64,000 bases of DNA from NCBI GenBank assembly GCA_965267175.1, contig OZ253938.1, forward strand, positions 627,740 through 691,739. The letters are read 5' to 3'. Below the pieces are notes generated by a model. It was not told the DNA's origin. It saw only the letters and a list, made by a program, of their open reading frames with translations, and did no database searches. The position numbers and the translations under genes are program-made. Numbering within the stretch: the first letter of the stretch is position 1; each line of letters opens with the position of its first letter. Positions 29,093 to 38,983 of the stretch are shown here, piece by piece. This DNA comes from Dehalococcoidia bacterium (GTDB lineage Bacteria > Chloroflexota > Dehalococcoidia > Lucifugimonadales > Lucifugimonadaceae).

Positions 29093-29224
29093 GCAGCCCA
29101 AAAAGGTGGGGTTGATCGACCAGTTGTTAGCTACAAGTATCCACCTGAAGTGTTACCGGTTCCATACGTAATTTGGCCTAAACGCGTACGGAAATGTCGA
29201 AGTTTCGAGGAAAGAGGCGAGCGG

Positions 29225-29878
29225 CTACCAGACTCGCGAGATCTGCTCGAACGCATAGTAGCCAAGCAGGGCGACGACCAATGACTGAACAACCTTGCCT
29301 GCAAACGTCGCCGCCAGGAACCGAGTCTGACTCACACCGGTCAGTCCTGCGAAGTATCCGGCGTAGTCGAACATAGGATTCGGGACGGCTGCGACAACGA
29401 AAGACGTAGTCGTGACGTTGCGGGTGTACCAGGCACTGACTCGAGAGGTAGCCCGGTAGAGCCGTGTGCCGGGATCAGGCTGCGACCGCTCGGCAAGTCG
29501 AGAACCGGCCTTTCCAAGCGCGTAGCAACCGGCCATTCCTACGGTGATACCGGCAGCAGCCGCGATCGCCAGCAGCACGGGATTGAGGATCGTGGCGCCC
29601 GCGAACACCAGTGTCAGCGTCGGGACGGGCAGGAAGAACGTGATGCTGCCCAGCGCGCCCAGGAAGAAGACGGCGAGGTAGCCGAAGGTGAGCACCATGC
29701 CTGGGTCGAACGTCATATAGCGCTGCAGGACGATTGGCGCTGCGATAGCAGCGAGGATGATGATGAGTCCGAACCAGCCGGCGACGGTACTCCGCCTGGC
29801 GGTCCCGCTCATCGCCGGGTTGGTTGCTTCTTCGTTCAGCGCTGAAAGCGGAGCCGGAGACGTTGTGACCTGCTGCAT
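29225..29878 (-). CDS. VTT-domain (TVP38/TMEM64/DedA-like) membrane protein
   Basis: 217 aa and multi-pass. FLPVPTLTLVFAGA and PNPMFDYAGYFAGLTGVSQTRFLAATFAGK resemble VTT-domain motifs. Confidence 0.65.
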   Translation of the reverse strand: MQQVTTSPAPLSALNEEATNPAMSGTARRSTVAGWFGLIIILAAIAAPIVLQRYMTFDPGMVLTFGYLAVFFLGALGSITFFLPVPTLTLVFAGATILNPVLLAIAAAAGITVGMAGCYALGKAGSRLAERSQPDPGTRLYRATSRVSAWYTRNVTTTSFVVAAVPNPMFDYAGYFAGLTGVSQTRFLAATFAGKVVQSLVVALLGYYAFEQISRVW

Positions 29879-30170
29879 AAATCGAGGCTCCCGATTCCAG
29901 GTGAGGGCTGACGCTGCGGAAGTTATTCGCCGGAAAGGGCTGACAGAAGAGAGTTGGCTGCTACAGGCCCCCGCCGCCGCCAGCCGGGACAGGTGGGTAC
30001 CCGGCGGGCCGACGGCGAGGGCGTGGTCTGAACAGTTTCAGTAAGCCTCGACAAGAAAACAGCACGCGAGCCGGTGGCTCTGGGTGTGGGTTGCGTTTTG
30101 AGTGTCGGCAGGTCGCGAGCCGCCAGCTTGCACCTGAACGGCTGTCGTCAGCGCATGGCAAAATAGGCGC

Positions 30171-31706
30171 ATGACATCGATAGAACCTGCGCAGAAGGCC
30201 ACCAGCGCAAGCCGCGAGCTGATTGCAGATCTCCAGGCGATCGTCGGCGAACGAAACGTGGTGTGGAAGCCAGAGGACCTGCTTCTCTACGAGTACGACG
30301 GCTCGATCGACCGCGCTTCGCCCCGGGTGGTCGTGCTGCCCGGATCGGCTCAAGAGGCTGCCGAGAGCGTGAAGGTCGCGAATCGGCATGACGCTTTCAT
30401 CGTTCCTCGCGGCGCCGGAACCGGTCTTTCTGGCGGCGCTGTGCCCCTTCGCGACTCAGTGGTGATCGGAATGGCGCGGCTGAGTCGCATCCTGGAAGTG
30501 GATACCGACAACCGGGTGGCGGTCGTTGAGCCGGGCCTCGTCAACCTCGAGCTCTCAAACCATGTCGAGCAGTTCGGGCTGTACTACGCCCCCGACCCAT
30601 CGTCGCAGAAGGCCTGCACCATCGGCGGCAACGTTGCCGAGAATGCGGGTGGGCCGCACTGTCTTGCACTTGGAACGACGACCAACCACGTACTGGGTGT
30701 CGAGGTGGTGCTGGCGGACGGCACCTTGCTATGGCTCGGCGGCCATGGCAGAGAGAGTGCTGGCTACGACCTGCGAGGTGCGTTTATCGGCTCCGAAGGC
30801 ACATTCGGCATCGTCACCAAGGTCGCGGTCCGGCTGCTGCCGATACCCGAGAAGATCCACACCGTCCTGGCGGCGTTCACCTCGCTCGATGCGGCATCCC
30901 AGACGGTCTCGGACATCATCGCGGCGGGCATCGTCCCAGCTGCACTGGAGATGATGGACCGCATAACCATCGACGCATGCGAGCCGGTCTATCACCCCGG
31001 ATATCCCGCCGATGCCGAGGCCGTGCTGATCGTCGAGATCGATGGCCTGACCGAAGCGGTGGATGAACAATCAGAGCTGGTGGAAAAGATCTGCACCGAC
31101 AACGGCGCGTCTGAGCTTCGTGCGGCCGATGACCCTGCCAAGCGTGCCGATCTCTGGGCAACCCGAAAGGGCGCAATCGGAGCGTTCGGCACCATTGCAC
31201 CCAGTTATTACCTTGTAGACGGTGTCGTTCCTCGCACAAAGCTGCAGGAGGTCATGCGGCAGGTGAAGGCCGTGGGCGATGAGCTTGGCCTGACGATCGG
31301 CAACGTGTTCCACGCGGGCGACGGCAACCTTCACCCTTGCATCCTGTTCAATGAGCGCAATCGCGACGAGGTGCTGAAGGTTATCCAGGCTGGTGAGCGG
31401 ATCCTGGAGATATGCGTCGAATACGGCGGGGCGCTGTCAGGTGAGCACGGCATCGGCATCGAGAAGCAGGCGTACATGCCGCTCGTGTTTACCGATGACG
31501 ACATGGACGCGATGAAGGGGCTGCGAGAGGCGTTTTTGAACCCGGACCACGGAGCGGACACCGCTGATGCGAGCGAAACATCGGCCACGCCCATCTCGGA
31601 GCGCTTCAATCCCGGCAAGATCTTCCCCGGCGGCGCGAGCCACGGTGAGGCATACGGCATCACCGAGCACTCGGTGCGCAGAGCAGGCCGGCACGACGAG
31701 GTTTAG
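30171..31706 (+). CDS. FAD-linked oxidase (glycolate oxidase GlcD-like)
   Basis: FAD-binding PCMH domain (IVPRGAGTGLSGGAVP) and a C-terminal FAD-oxidase domain (GEHGIGIEK). Confidence 0.85.
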   Translation: MTSIEPAQKATSASRELIADLQAIVGERNVVWKPEDLLLYEYDGSIDRASPRVVVLPGSAQEAAESVKVANRHDAFIVPRGAGTGLSGGAVPLRDSVVIGMARLSRILEVDTDNRVAVVEPGLVNLELSNHVEQFGLYYAPDPSSQKACTIGGNVAENAGGPHCLALGTTTNHVLGVEVVLADGTLLWLGGHGRESAGYDLRGAFIGSEGTFGIVTKVAVRLLPIPEKIHTVLAAFTSLDAASQTVSDIIAAGIVPAALEMMDRITIDACEPVYHPGYPADAEAVLIVEIDGLTEAVDEQSELVEKICTDNGASELRAADDPAKRADLWATRKGAIGAFGTIAPSYYLVDGVVPRTKLQEVMRQVKAVGDELGLTIGNVFHAGDGNLHPCILFNERNRDEVLKVIQAGERILEICVEYGGALSGEHGIGIEKQAYMPLVFTDDDMDAMKGLREAFLNPDHGADTADASETSATPISERFNPGKIFPGGASHGEAYGITEHSVRRAGRHDEV

Positions 31707-31732
31707 CCAGCACGGCATTTCAGTCCTCGATT

Positions 31733-31778
31733 TTTACAACGTGGACCGTAGCTGCTAAAATATTCCAAAAGTTGGAAT
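31733..31778 (+). promoter_or_regulatory. sigma70-like promoter (TTTACA-N17-TAAAAT) plus 17-nt inverted repeat, candidate PadR operator
   Basis: -35 at 31733-31738 and -10 at 31756-31761 with a 17-nt spacer. ATTCCAA-AAG-TTGGAAT at 31762-31778 sits immediately after the -10. AGGAG SD at 31800-31804 precedes the GTG at 31811. Confidence 0.4.
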
Positions 31779-31810
31779 GATACAGTTTCAGAACGCTTTC
31801 AGGAGTCGAT

Positions 31811-32107
31811 GTGGCACTTAGCAGAAACCAATCGACCGTTCTCGATGCTCTTGCAGAGCACGGCGGTGAGTTGAGCGGTCTCGACATCGCCGACATCATC
31901 GGGACGCTCGGCAACAGCAGCGTCTATGCGGCGTTGTCTGCACTTCAGCGAGACGGACACGTCGATGCTCGCTGGGACTTTTCCGAGTCGCATCCTCGTC
32001 GGATGGTGCGGATTAACGAAAGCGGACTGGCTGCGATAGCTGCGGCACGGAAGCAGGAAGAAGAACGCCGCGTTCGGGCTCGCAACAGGATTCTGTCTAA
32101 AAACTGA
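31811..32107 (+). CDS. PadR-family transcriptional regulator
   Basis: 98 aa, winged-helix pattern VLDALAEHGGELSGLDIADII......SVYAALSALQRDGHV. Confidence 0.7.
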   Translation: MALSRNQSTVLDALAEHGGELSGLDIADIIGTLGNSSVYAALSALQRDGHVDARWDFSESHPRRMVRINESGLAAIAAARKQEEERRVRARNRILSKN

Positions 32108-32120
32108 AAGGAGAGCAGGC

Positions 32121-32675
32121 ATGAGGCTGTTCATCGCACTGGTCAACCTGCCCCGCACTCTGGTACTCGGTCCCTGGGCATGGCTCTGGACCTGGACCTA
32201 CCCGCTCTCGAGGCCTGCAATCGATGAGGTGCGTGCCAATGCCCGGCCTGACGGACTCTCCGCTTCGTCGATCATCGAGACCGCAAGCCTGTTCATCCAT
32301 ATGCCGTTCATGGCCCGGTCTCAGCACTACGCAGAGCGATCGAACGAAACGGAGTCTGCGATCTCGGCAAGTGACGGCGTCGAATCGAATGCCTATGCCG
32401 GGTACCTCAGGCGTTGGCGAGTCGAGTCGCTGTGGCGCACAAGGCTCCGTGAACTGCTCGTCTGGTCGACGTTCGCCAGTTGGTTCGTCGGCTGGGGTTC
32501 GATCGAGGCTTCGTTCATCTTCACCGGCAACTTCCTGTTCGAGACGCATGAGACGCCTGAAGCGGCAGGTTACGTGTCGAACTATTTCAAAGTTGCCGCG
32601 TTGTTGTTCATCGCGCCGTTCGCCTGGATCATGGTCGGACTTGCCACTCTCCGAGTGACCGGGCGTAAGGCGTAA
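32121..32675 (+). CDS. membrane protein, unknown function (PadR-associated)
   Basis: 184 aa with several hydrophobic helices. It starts 13 nt after the padR-like gene. Confidence 0.55.
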   Translation: MRLFIALVNLPRTLVLGPWAWLWTWTYPLSRPAIDEVRANARPDGLSASSIIETASLFIHMPFMARSQHYAERSNETESAISASDGVESNAYAGYLRRWRVESLWRTRLRELLVWSTFASWFVGWGSIEASFIFTGNFLFETHETPEAAGYVSNYFKVAALLFIAPFAWIMVGLATLRVTGRKA

Positions 32676-32762
32676 CAGCCCACGGCCCGAAGTCTCCGCA
32701 CTCCCCTGCTGTAGACTGTCGCTCCCTTCGCAAACCCGACAGCACAGCAGGCGGTCTGACTC

Positions 32763-33815
32763 GTGAGCTCATCGCAGAAACTTCGCATCGGCATCATCGG
32801 CGCGGGCAGCTTCGCCAACACCCACATGAACCAGTTCGCACGCCTCGACAACGTCGAGGTCACTGCATTCATGCGGCGCAACCCGGACAAGCTGGCCGAG
32901 ATGCAGAAGCAGTGGGATGTGCCGAACGGCTACACCGACTACCACGAGATGCTTGCGAACCCGGACATCGACGCCGTTGACATCATTACGCCGACCGATT
33001 CGCACAGGCAGATTGCCATCGATGCTGCGAAGGCCGGAAAGCACATCCTCTGCGACAAGCCTCTTGCTCTGACCGCGGCAGACTGCAAGGAGATGCTTGA
33101 AGCAGCCGAGAGCGCCGGCGTCATCCATTCGACCAACTTCAACCAGCGCGGCAACACTGCGATCGGCCGCATGAAGCGGTACATCGACGACGGCTATATC
33201 GGCGGCCTGATTCACGCCAACATCTGGTGGGGCATGACGAACCAGCACGGTACGAGGCCGGAGATCCTCTCGTGGCGGTTCAAGCCCGAGACCGGAGGCG
33301 GGACCGTCTACGAACTGATCCATGTGTTCGATATGGCAAGGTTTCTTGGCGGCGAAGTGGCACGCGTCACTTCGGTTCTGAACACCGCGGACAAGCACCG
33401 GCCGTTCAATGACCTGCCGGAAGGAATGGACGTTCACGTCCCGGACTCATCGGCGTTCCTGCTGGAGTTCGTGAATGGCGGCTATGCAGTCGCTCATACC
33501 AGCTTCGTGACACGACTTGTCGACCCGGACGGCGGCACGCATGCCCGTATCGAGGTCTCCGGTACCGGCGGCGTGATCCAGACCTCAGGACGGCACGCCA
33601 TCAAGGGCTACTCAGGCGATGCACGTGGCGGCGCGGCCGAGCTTGAGCCGGGTCCCGCCTACCCGCAGCCGTATGAGCGGTTCGCCAACGCGTGCCTGGC
33701 CAGCGACCAGTCGCTGGTCGAGACGAGCTTCTTCGACGGCATGAAGGCGGCGGAGATCGTCGACGCGGCCTACGCGTCATGGGAATCGAAGCGCTGGGTC
33801 GAGCTGACGCACTGA
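32763..33815 (+). CDS. Gfo/Idh/MocA-family oxidoreductase
   Basis: LRIGIIGAGSFANTH Rossmann N-terminus, EKP-like CDKPLA motif, 350 aa. Confidence 0.85.
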   Translation: MSSSQKLRIGIIGAGSFANTHMNQFARLDNVEVTAFMRRNPDKLAEMQKQWDVPNGYTDYHEMLANPDIDAVDIITPTDSHRQIAIDAAKAGKHILCDKPLALTAADCKEMLEAAESAGVIHSTNFNQRGNTAIGRMKRYIDDGYIGGLIHANIWWGMTNQHGTRPEILSWRFKPETGGGTVYELIHVFDMARFLGGEVARVTSVLNTADKHRPFNDLPEGMDVHVPDSSAFLLEFVNGGYAVAHTSFVTRLVDPDGGTHARIEVSGTGGVIQTSGRHAIKGYSGDARGGAAELEPGPAYPQPYERFANACLASDQSLVETSFFDGMKAAEIVDAAYASWESKRWVELTH

Positions 33816-33963
33816 GCCTCCCGACAGCCGGCTCGCGTCATCGCCCGCATGCCGCTGGCAGGGTTTATCCTGTGGCCGTTAATCGTGCCTCTCGACTGTC
33901 CTTTCGTCCCTAACGCAGCACTGGCACGCACCTGACTGGAGGAATCCCATCACTCTCGAATAC

Positions 33964-34992
33964 GTGAAACTTGGCCGCACCGGGGTCAAGGTCTCGAACA
34001 TCTGCATCGGGACGGACAACTATGGCAACGACTACGGCTGTGACGAGCAAACGGCACACGCCATTCTGGACCGGGCACTCGACTACGGAATCAACTTCGT
34101 CGACACGTCCGACTCATACTCGGCAGGAAACTCCGAGACGGTCATCGGCAACTACTTCGAGAAGAACGGACGTCGCGACGATGTCGTGCTCGCGACCAAG
34201 TTCCGTTCCCGCGTCGGCTCAGGTGTCAACGACATCGGCGCTTCCCGCTATCACATCGTGCGCGCCGTCGAGGCTTCGCTCAAGCGACTGAAGACCGACC
34301 GCATCGATCTCTACTACTGCCATTCGTGGGATGACGAGACGCCGGTCGAAGAGACGTTGAGGGCGCTGGACGACCTGGTGAAGTCCGGCAAGATTGTCTA
34401 CCCGGGATGTTCGAACTTCCCGGCGTGGATCATGTCGAAGTCGATGTGGGCATCGGACGTGCGGAACCTGAGCCGGTTCGAAGCTGTGCAGAGCGTCTTC
34501 AACATCCTGCAGCCGGGGCTGGCGATGGAGGCGATCCCATATGCCCACCAGAACGGAATGGCGGTCGTGCCCTACTCACCGCTGGCCAGCGGCATGCTGA
34601 CCGGTAAACACCCCCGCAGCGGGCCGATCGAAGACTCGAAATTCGGGGCACGCGACAAGTCCCGTGGCGGGGCGCTCGTCAACCGCTACTGGAATGAGCC
34701 CCGGCTCAACGCGGTCGATCGGTTGACAGCGGTCGCCGAGAAGCACAACCAGTCGATGATCAGGCTGGCGCTGCAGTGGGTCTCTGACTTCCCCGGCGTT
34801 ACGTCGCCAATCTTCGGCGCTCGGCGCATCGATCAGATCGAGGGGATCATCGAGGCGCATTCGGAGCGCGCCCCGGACGAAGCGATGGCCGAAGTGATGG
34901 AGATTGCCGAGGACTTCGCAGCCAACAGCCCGATGGTCTATCCGCCGAACCCGGGCGGAGCGTTCGGCCGGGAGACCAGACAGCCTGTGTGA
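33964..34992 (+). CDS. aldo/keto reductase
   Basis: MKLGRTGVKVSNICIGT..., FVDTSDSYSAGNSE and HSWD motifs. Confidence 0.9.
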   Translation: MKLGRTGVKVSNICIGTDNYGNDYGCDEQTAHAILDRALDYGINFVDTSDSYSAGNSETVIGNYFEKNGRRDDVVLATKFRSRVGSGVNDIGASRYHIVRAVEASLKRLKTDRIDLYYCHSWDDETPVEETLRALDDLVKSGKIVYPGCSNFPAWIMSKSMWASDVRNLSRFEAVQSVFNILQPGLAMEAIPYAHQNGMAVVPYSPLASGMLTGKHPRSGPIEDSKFGARDKSRGGALVNRYWNEPRLNAVDRLTAVAEKHNQSMIRLALQWVSDFPGVTSPIFGARRIDQIEGIIEAHSERAPDEAMAEVMEIAEDFAANSPMVYPPNPGGAFGRETRQPV

Positions 34993-35039
34993 GGCCGGTC
35001 TCGGAGACTCGCTGTCAAACCACCTCAACGGAACAAGAT

Positions 35040-36098
35040 ATGAAACATGTGAATCTCGGCCGCACCGGCCTCAAGGTGTCTGAATACTGCATCGGCGCTG
35101 ACAACTTCGGCGACCAGACCAACGCCGCGGACGGCATCCGGATCATGGAGCGGGCCTTCGACGTGGGCGTCAACTTTATCGACACCGCAAACTCATACGG
35201 ACCTGCCGATAAGAAGGGCATCTCCGAGGAGATCGTCGGCAGGTTCATCAAGAGTCGCCGCTCGGAAGTCGTGCTCGCCACAAAGGGCAGGAGCCGGATG
35301 GGTGACGGGCCGAACGATGAGGGCGTGAACCGCAAGTATGTGATGCAGGCGATTGATGACTCGCTGAAACGTCTCGGTACCGACTATGTCGACCTGTACC
35401 AGATCCACGCGCCTGACCCGACTACGCCGATCGACGAGACCGTCGACGCCTACAACGACGTGGTTCGCGCAGGCAAGGCTCGCTACATCGGGGTCTCGAA
35501 CTTCGCCGGCTACCAGCTGATGGACGCTCTCTGGAAGCAAGACAGACGAGGGTTGGCGCCGTTCGTGAGCGTGCAGCCCCGCTACAACCTGCTTTACCGG
35601 GAGCCGGAGCGAGAGCTGTTCAAGGTGTGCGCCGATCAAGGTGTCGGTGTGATGGCATACAGCCCGCAGGCCGGCGGCTTCCTACTGGGCAAGCACCGCG
35701 ACTTCGAGGCGGAGACCGGGACTCGCTTCGCCGAAAGCTTCAGGGCCGCAAACTTCTATCGCCTCACATACTGGAACGAGCCAACCTTCAACGCGATGGA
35801 GAAGTTCATCCAGGTGACCGAGAAGTACGGCATCACGCCAAACGCCCTGGCTCTTCGATGGGTGATTTCGAACCCGGTGATGACGTCTTGCATCGTGGGT
35901 GCTCGGACGCTGGAGCAGCTTGAGCAGAACCTGGAAGCCTGGGAATCGAACGTGCCGCAGGAAGCGCTGGACGAGGCAACTGCGATCGGTGACGAGCTGT
36001 GGGACACCGCGCCGTGGAAGCCCCAGATGCAGATCAACCGAGGACCGTCGCCATTTCCCGGCATCGACTCACCGGTGAAGTACGCCAGCCCTGCGTAA
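35040..36098 (+). CDS. aldo/keto reductase (tandem paralogue)
   Basis: Start at the internal ATG (MKHVNLGRTGLKVSEYCIGA...). FIDTANSYG and QIHAPD motifs. ORF track start is 34989. Confidence 0.9.
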   Translation: MKHVNLGRTGLKVSEYCIGADNFGDQTNAADGIRIMERAFDVGVNFIDTANSYGPADKKGISEEIVGRFIKSRRSEVVLATKGRSRMGDGPNDEGVNRKYVMQAIDDSLKRLGTDYVDLYQIHAPDPTTPIDETVDAYNDVVRAGKARYIGVSNFAGYQLMDALWKQDRRGLAPFVSVQPRYNLLYREPERELFKVCADQGVGVMAYSPQAGGFLLGKHRDFEAETGTRFAESFRAANFYRLTYWNEPTFNAMEKFIQVTEKYGITPNALALRWVISNPVMTSCIVGARTLEQLEQNLEAWESNVPQEALDEATAIGDELWDTAPWKPQMQINRGPSPFPGIDSPVKYASPA

Positions 36099-36103
36099 GA
36101 CGA

Positions 36104-37675
36104 CTATCGGTCGACGGGAAGTCCGCTTGGCACCGTCTCCGGCACGAGATGGGAGAGATCGCGTGCGGCCGGGTCTGTCAGCGCCTTCAAGAACTCCACG
36201 ATCTGCGCCACCTCGACGTCGCTGAGATTCGGCATGTCCGAGATCTCTGTCGCGAGGTTGCGTGCGATCAGCTCCATCCGGTCATCGTCCGTGTAGACGT
36301 GAGCAAACTCACCGTCGAGCGCAGCACCGGTGTTGTCACGAGTGCTCCGTGAGAACTGCCTCGCGCTCCAATCGTTCAGATACATGGCGGCCGACTCCGA
36401 GCTTGATGCAGAGTCGCCATAGGTTTCGAGGGCTTCCAGCGGGTCGAGGTGGTGACTGACAGCTTCTTCAAGCGATGAATAGGCGCCCGAGTGGAACCAG
36501 GGTCCGGTCAGTTCGACGTTGCGGAGCGGAGGCGTCCTGAACCGGTAGAGGTCCTCGAAGTCGAATGTGACGCGGAACCGGCCGAAGTCATCAGGTGCTT
36601 CCCCGCCCTTTCCCGGCCCCGTCTGCGGCGAAGCGATGTTGTGCTCTTGCTGGTCAGTAAACAACGGTCCTGAATGGCACGCTGAGCAGTTCGCTCTGCC
36701 GAAGAACAGCTCAGCGCCTCTTCTAGCATCGTCACTCAACGCAGCCTCATCACCGGCGACAAACCTGTCCCACGGACTGTCTGCAAAGGCGAACGCATTG
36801 GCCTCGAACGCGGCGATCGCGAGTCCGACATGCACAAACGTCAGGTCTTCGGTCGGGATATCAGGGAAGGCCTCCGCAAACAGATCGACATAGGCGTCGA
36901 TGTCGAGAAGTCTGACCATCAGCGCTTCCCAGATCGCCTCTTCATCGTCGAGGAACGCCAGCTCGTTTCCACCCTCTTCGTGAGATGCCTCGTCCTTGTC
37001 ACCCAGCATCTCTTCTCTACTGGTGACAGGGAACATCGCCTGTGCAACCAGCACATTGGGAATCTCGCTCGGCAGATCCTCACCGGCGGGGCTAGTGATG
37101 CCCATCAGGCCTTCGCGTTCAATCCGGCTATCCCAGAACATCGTCTGCCACAGGGGAGCGCCGCGGTTGAAGATCTCAGGCGCGTTGCGCGGGATGAAGT
37201 GGCGACCAGCACCGAGCTGTCGTTCTGCCGCCAGTCCGATGCCTCCGGTGCCGATAGAGACCGGCACGCCGTCACCAGATGCCGCGTTCGGGTGGTGGCA
37301 CGTCGCACAGGAGATGTCGCGGTTGCCGCTCAGGATCGGATCGAAGAAGAGGGCCTGGCCAAGAGCGAACAGCTCGTCAGAATGAGTTGGGCCGGTGTCG
37401 AGCACGGTCTGTTCCAGTTCGGAGAGCCGGTCACGCAGCGACTTCTCGGCCGGGTCACTGTCTTCGCCCCGGCAGGCAAACATGCCAATGGTGAGAAGAG
37501 CGAATACGAAGCAGGCGAACATCGCTCGCAGCGCGTTAACGCGGTCCAGGCTTATGCGTCGACCCAAAATCGGACCTCGTTGCAATGCCGCAAAGGGCGT
37601 GTCCCTGTTGTCAAATGCCGGCGTTACTGCCGGCGACATCATGCTTGTACGAAGATCGTACTGCCGCAGACCCAT
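36104..37675 (-). CDS. di-haem cytochrome c peroxidase (CCP/MauG family)
   Basis: Two CxxCH motifs (CATCHH, CSACHS) at CCP-like spacing. The start is uncertain; an internal Met gives a signal peptide (MFACFVFALLTIGMFAC). Confidence 0.85.
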   Translation of the reverse strand: MGLRQYDLRTSMMSPAVTPAFDNRDTPFAALQRGPILGRRISLDRVNALRAMFACFVFALLTIGMFACRGEDSDPAEKSLRDRLSELEQTVLDTGPTHSDELFALGQALFFDPILSGNRDISCATCHHPNAASGDGVPVSIGTGGIGLAAERQLGAGRHFIPRNAPEIFNRGAPLWQTMFWDSRIEREGLMGITSPAGEDLPSEIPNVLVAQAMFPVTSREEMLGDKDEASHEEGGNELAFLDDEEAIWEALMVRLLDIDAYVDLFAEAFPDIPTEDLTFVHVGLAIAAFEANAFAFADSPWDRFVAGDEAALSDDARRGAELFFGRANCSACHSGPLFTDQQEHNIASPQTGPGKGGEAPDDFGRFRVTFDFEDLYRFRTPPLRNVELTGPWFHSGAYSSLEEAVSHHLDPLEALETYGDSASSSESAAMYLNDWSARQFSRSTRDNTGAALDGEFAHVYTDDDRMELIARNLATEISDMPNLSDVEVAQIVEFLKALTDPAARDLSHLVPETVPSGLPVDR

Positions 37676-37788
37676 CCTGCCTGTACACTCTGCGCCGCAC
37701 GAAGCTACGACTTACTTGCGATCGCTGCAAGCCCTGGCCGCAGGCGATCTCGAAAGCCAGCCAACAAACATACCTGAGAGGTGAAGAT

Positions 37789-38766
37789 TTGCCAGCAAAG
37801 GTCTTAGTCACACGGCGACAGTTCGAGGACCAGATGGATCGCCTTCGGGCAGAGGCCGAGACGGTCGTGCTGACGCGGCCCGCGCCTGCCACACGGGAGG
37901 AGCTTCTTGAAGCCGTGAGGGGCGTGACCGGGATCTTTGCGCACATCACTGACCAGATAGACGGCGAAGTGATGGACGCGGCCGGAGACTCGCTTAAGGT
38001 GATCGCCGAATTTGGCGTCGGTTACGACAACATCGATACGGCTGCGGCCAACGAGCGCAACATCGCGGTCGGCAACACGCCGGGCGTGCTCACTGAGACG
38101 ACAGCCGATTTTGCGTTCGCACTGATCCAGGCGGCGGGACGACGGCTTGCTGAGAGTGACCGATTCGTGCGACGCGGCGGGTGGAAGTGGTTTGATCCGC
38201 TGGATCTTCTGGGCCTGGACATCAACGGGTCGACACTCGGGATTATCGGTATGGGGCGCATCGGCAGCTCAGTTGCGAGGCGTGCAGTTGCGTCAGGCAT
38301 GCGAGTGATCTACTACAACCGAAACCGGGCCAACGAGGAGCACGGCGCCGAACTGGCTGGATCCCTGGACGAGCTGCTGGAAGAGTCTGACTTCGTGACG
38401 CTGCACTGCCCTCTCACGCCGGAGACCCAGGGCCTGATCAGCACCGATCAGTTGAAGAAGATGCAGAGTCATGCTGTGCTGATTAACACGGCACGCGGGC
38501 CGGTTGTGGACACCGAAGCGCTGACAGCGGCGCTGAGTTCGGGCGAGATCGCATATGCAGCTCTCGATGTGACTGATCCCGAGCCGATTCCTACCGACCA
38601 CCCGCTTCTAAAAATGGAGAATGTGACGCTTCTGCCGCACATCGCCTCTGCGACGGTTGGAACGCGCAGGAAGATGTCTGAGATGACGGTGGACAACATC
38701 CTGGCGGTCTTGCGGGGTGAGTTGCCGCCGAACTGCGTGAACAGTGATGAGATCAACTGGGCTTAG
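37789..38766 (+). CDS. D-2-hydroxyacid dehydrogenase (glyoxylate/hydroxypyruvate reductase-like)
   Basis: TTG start preceded by a GAGAGG SD (ORF track 37585). GIIGMGRIGSSVARRA NAD motif, NTARG and PHIASAT catalytic-His region. Confidence 0.85.
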   Translation: MPAKVLVTRRQFEDQMDRLRAEAETVVLTRPAPATREELLEAVRGVTGIFAHITDQIDGEVMDAAGDSLKVIAEFGVGYDNIDTAAANERNIAVGNTPGVLTETTADFAFALIQAAGRRLAESDRFVRRGGWKWFDPLDLLGLDINGSTLGIIGMGRIGSSVARRAVASGMRVIYYNRNRANEEHGAELAGSLDELLEESDFVTLHCPLTPETQGLISTDQLKKMQSHAVLINTARGPVVDTEALTAALSSGEIAYAALDVTDPEPIPTDHPLLKMENVTLLPHIASATVGTRRKMSEMTVDNILAVLRGELPPNCVNSDEINWA

Positions 38767-38794
38767 GAAGTTTCGGGCCGCCTGGTTGGGGGCT

Positions 38795-38823
38795 GTCATT
38801 CTGAACTTGATTCAGAATCTCTC
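38795..38823 (+). repeat. 29-nt hairpin element, copy 1 (GTCATTCTGAACTTGATTCAGAATCTCTC)
   Basis: Differs at one position from the copy at 58414-58442. Internal 8-bp arms ATTCTGAA/TTCAGAAT. Confidence 0.8.
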
Positions 38824-38896
38824 CGAGACCGTGCATCGACGGTCAGATCCCTCGACCCGCTAGCGGGTACCCCGCGGTCGGGATAACAGCACCTCA

Positions 38897-38922
38897 GCCA
38901 TCCTGAGCCTGTCGAAGGGTGG
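38897..38922 (+). repeat. 26-nt REP-like hairpin element, copy B (GCCATCCTGAGCCTGTCGAAGGGTGG)
   Basis: Matches the copies at 9321-9346 (minus) and 41456-41481. Confidence 0.8.
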
Positions 38923-38960
38923 CGAGCTATCGGCCTCCGGCCGATCAACCCTCACCCTAG

Positions 38961-38983
38961 CCCTCTCCCGAACCGGGAGAGGG
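38961..38983. repeat. stem-loop CCCTCTCCC-GAACC-GGGAGAGGG
   Basis: Perfect 9-bp inverted repeat between convergent genes. No U-tract on either strand. Confidence 0.6.

Noticed and set aside
36830-37777. 315-aa plus-strand ORF
   Set aside because: It is antisense to the di-haem cytochrome c peroxidase, which has two CxxCH motifs. The composition is Arg-rich shadow-frame.
38961-38983. GC-rich hairpins in the 38767-38995 gap as intrinsic terminators
   Set aside because: No U-tract follows on either strand. They are reported as repeats or structures rather than terminators.
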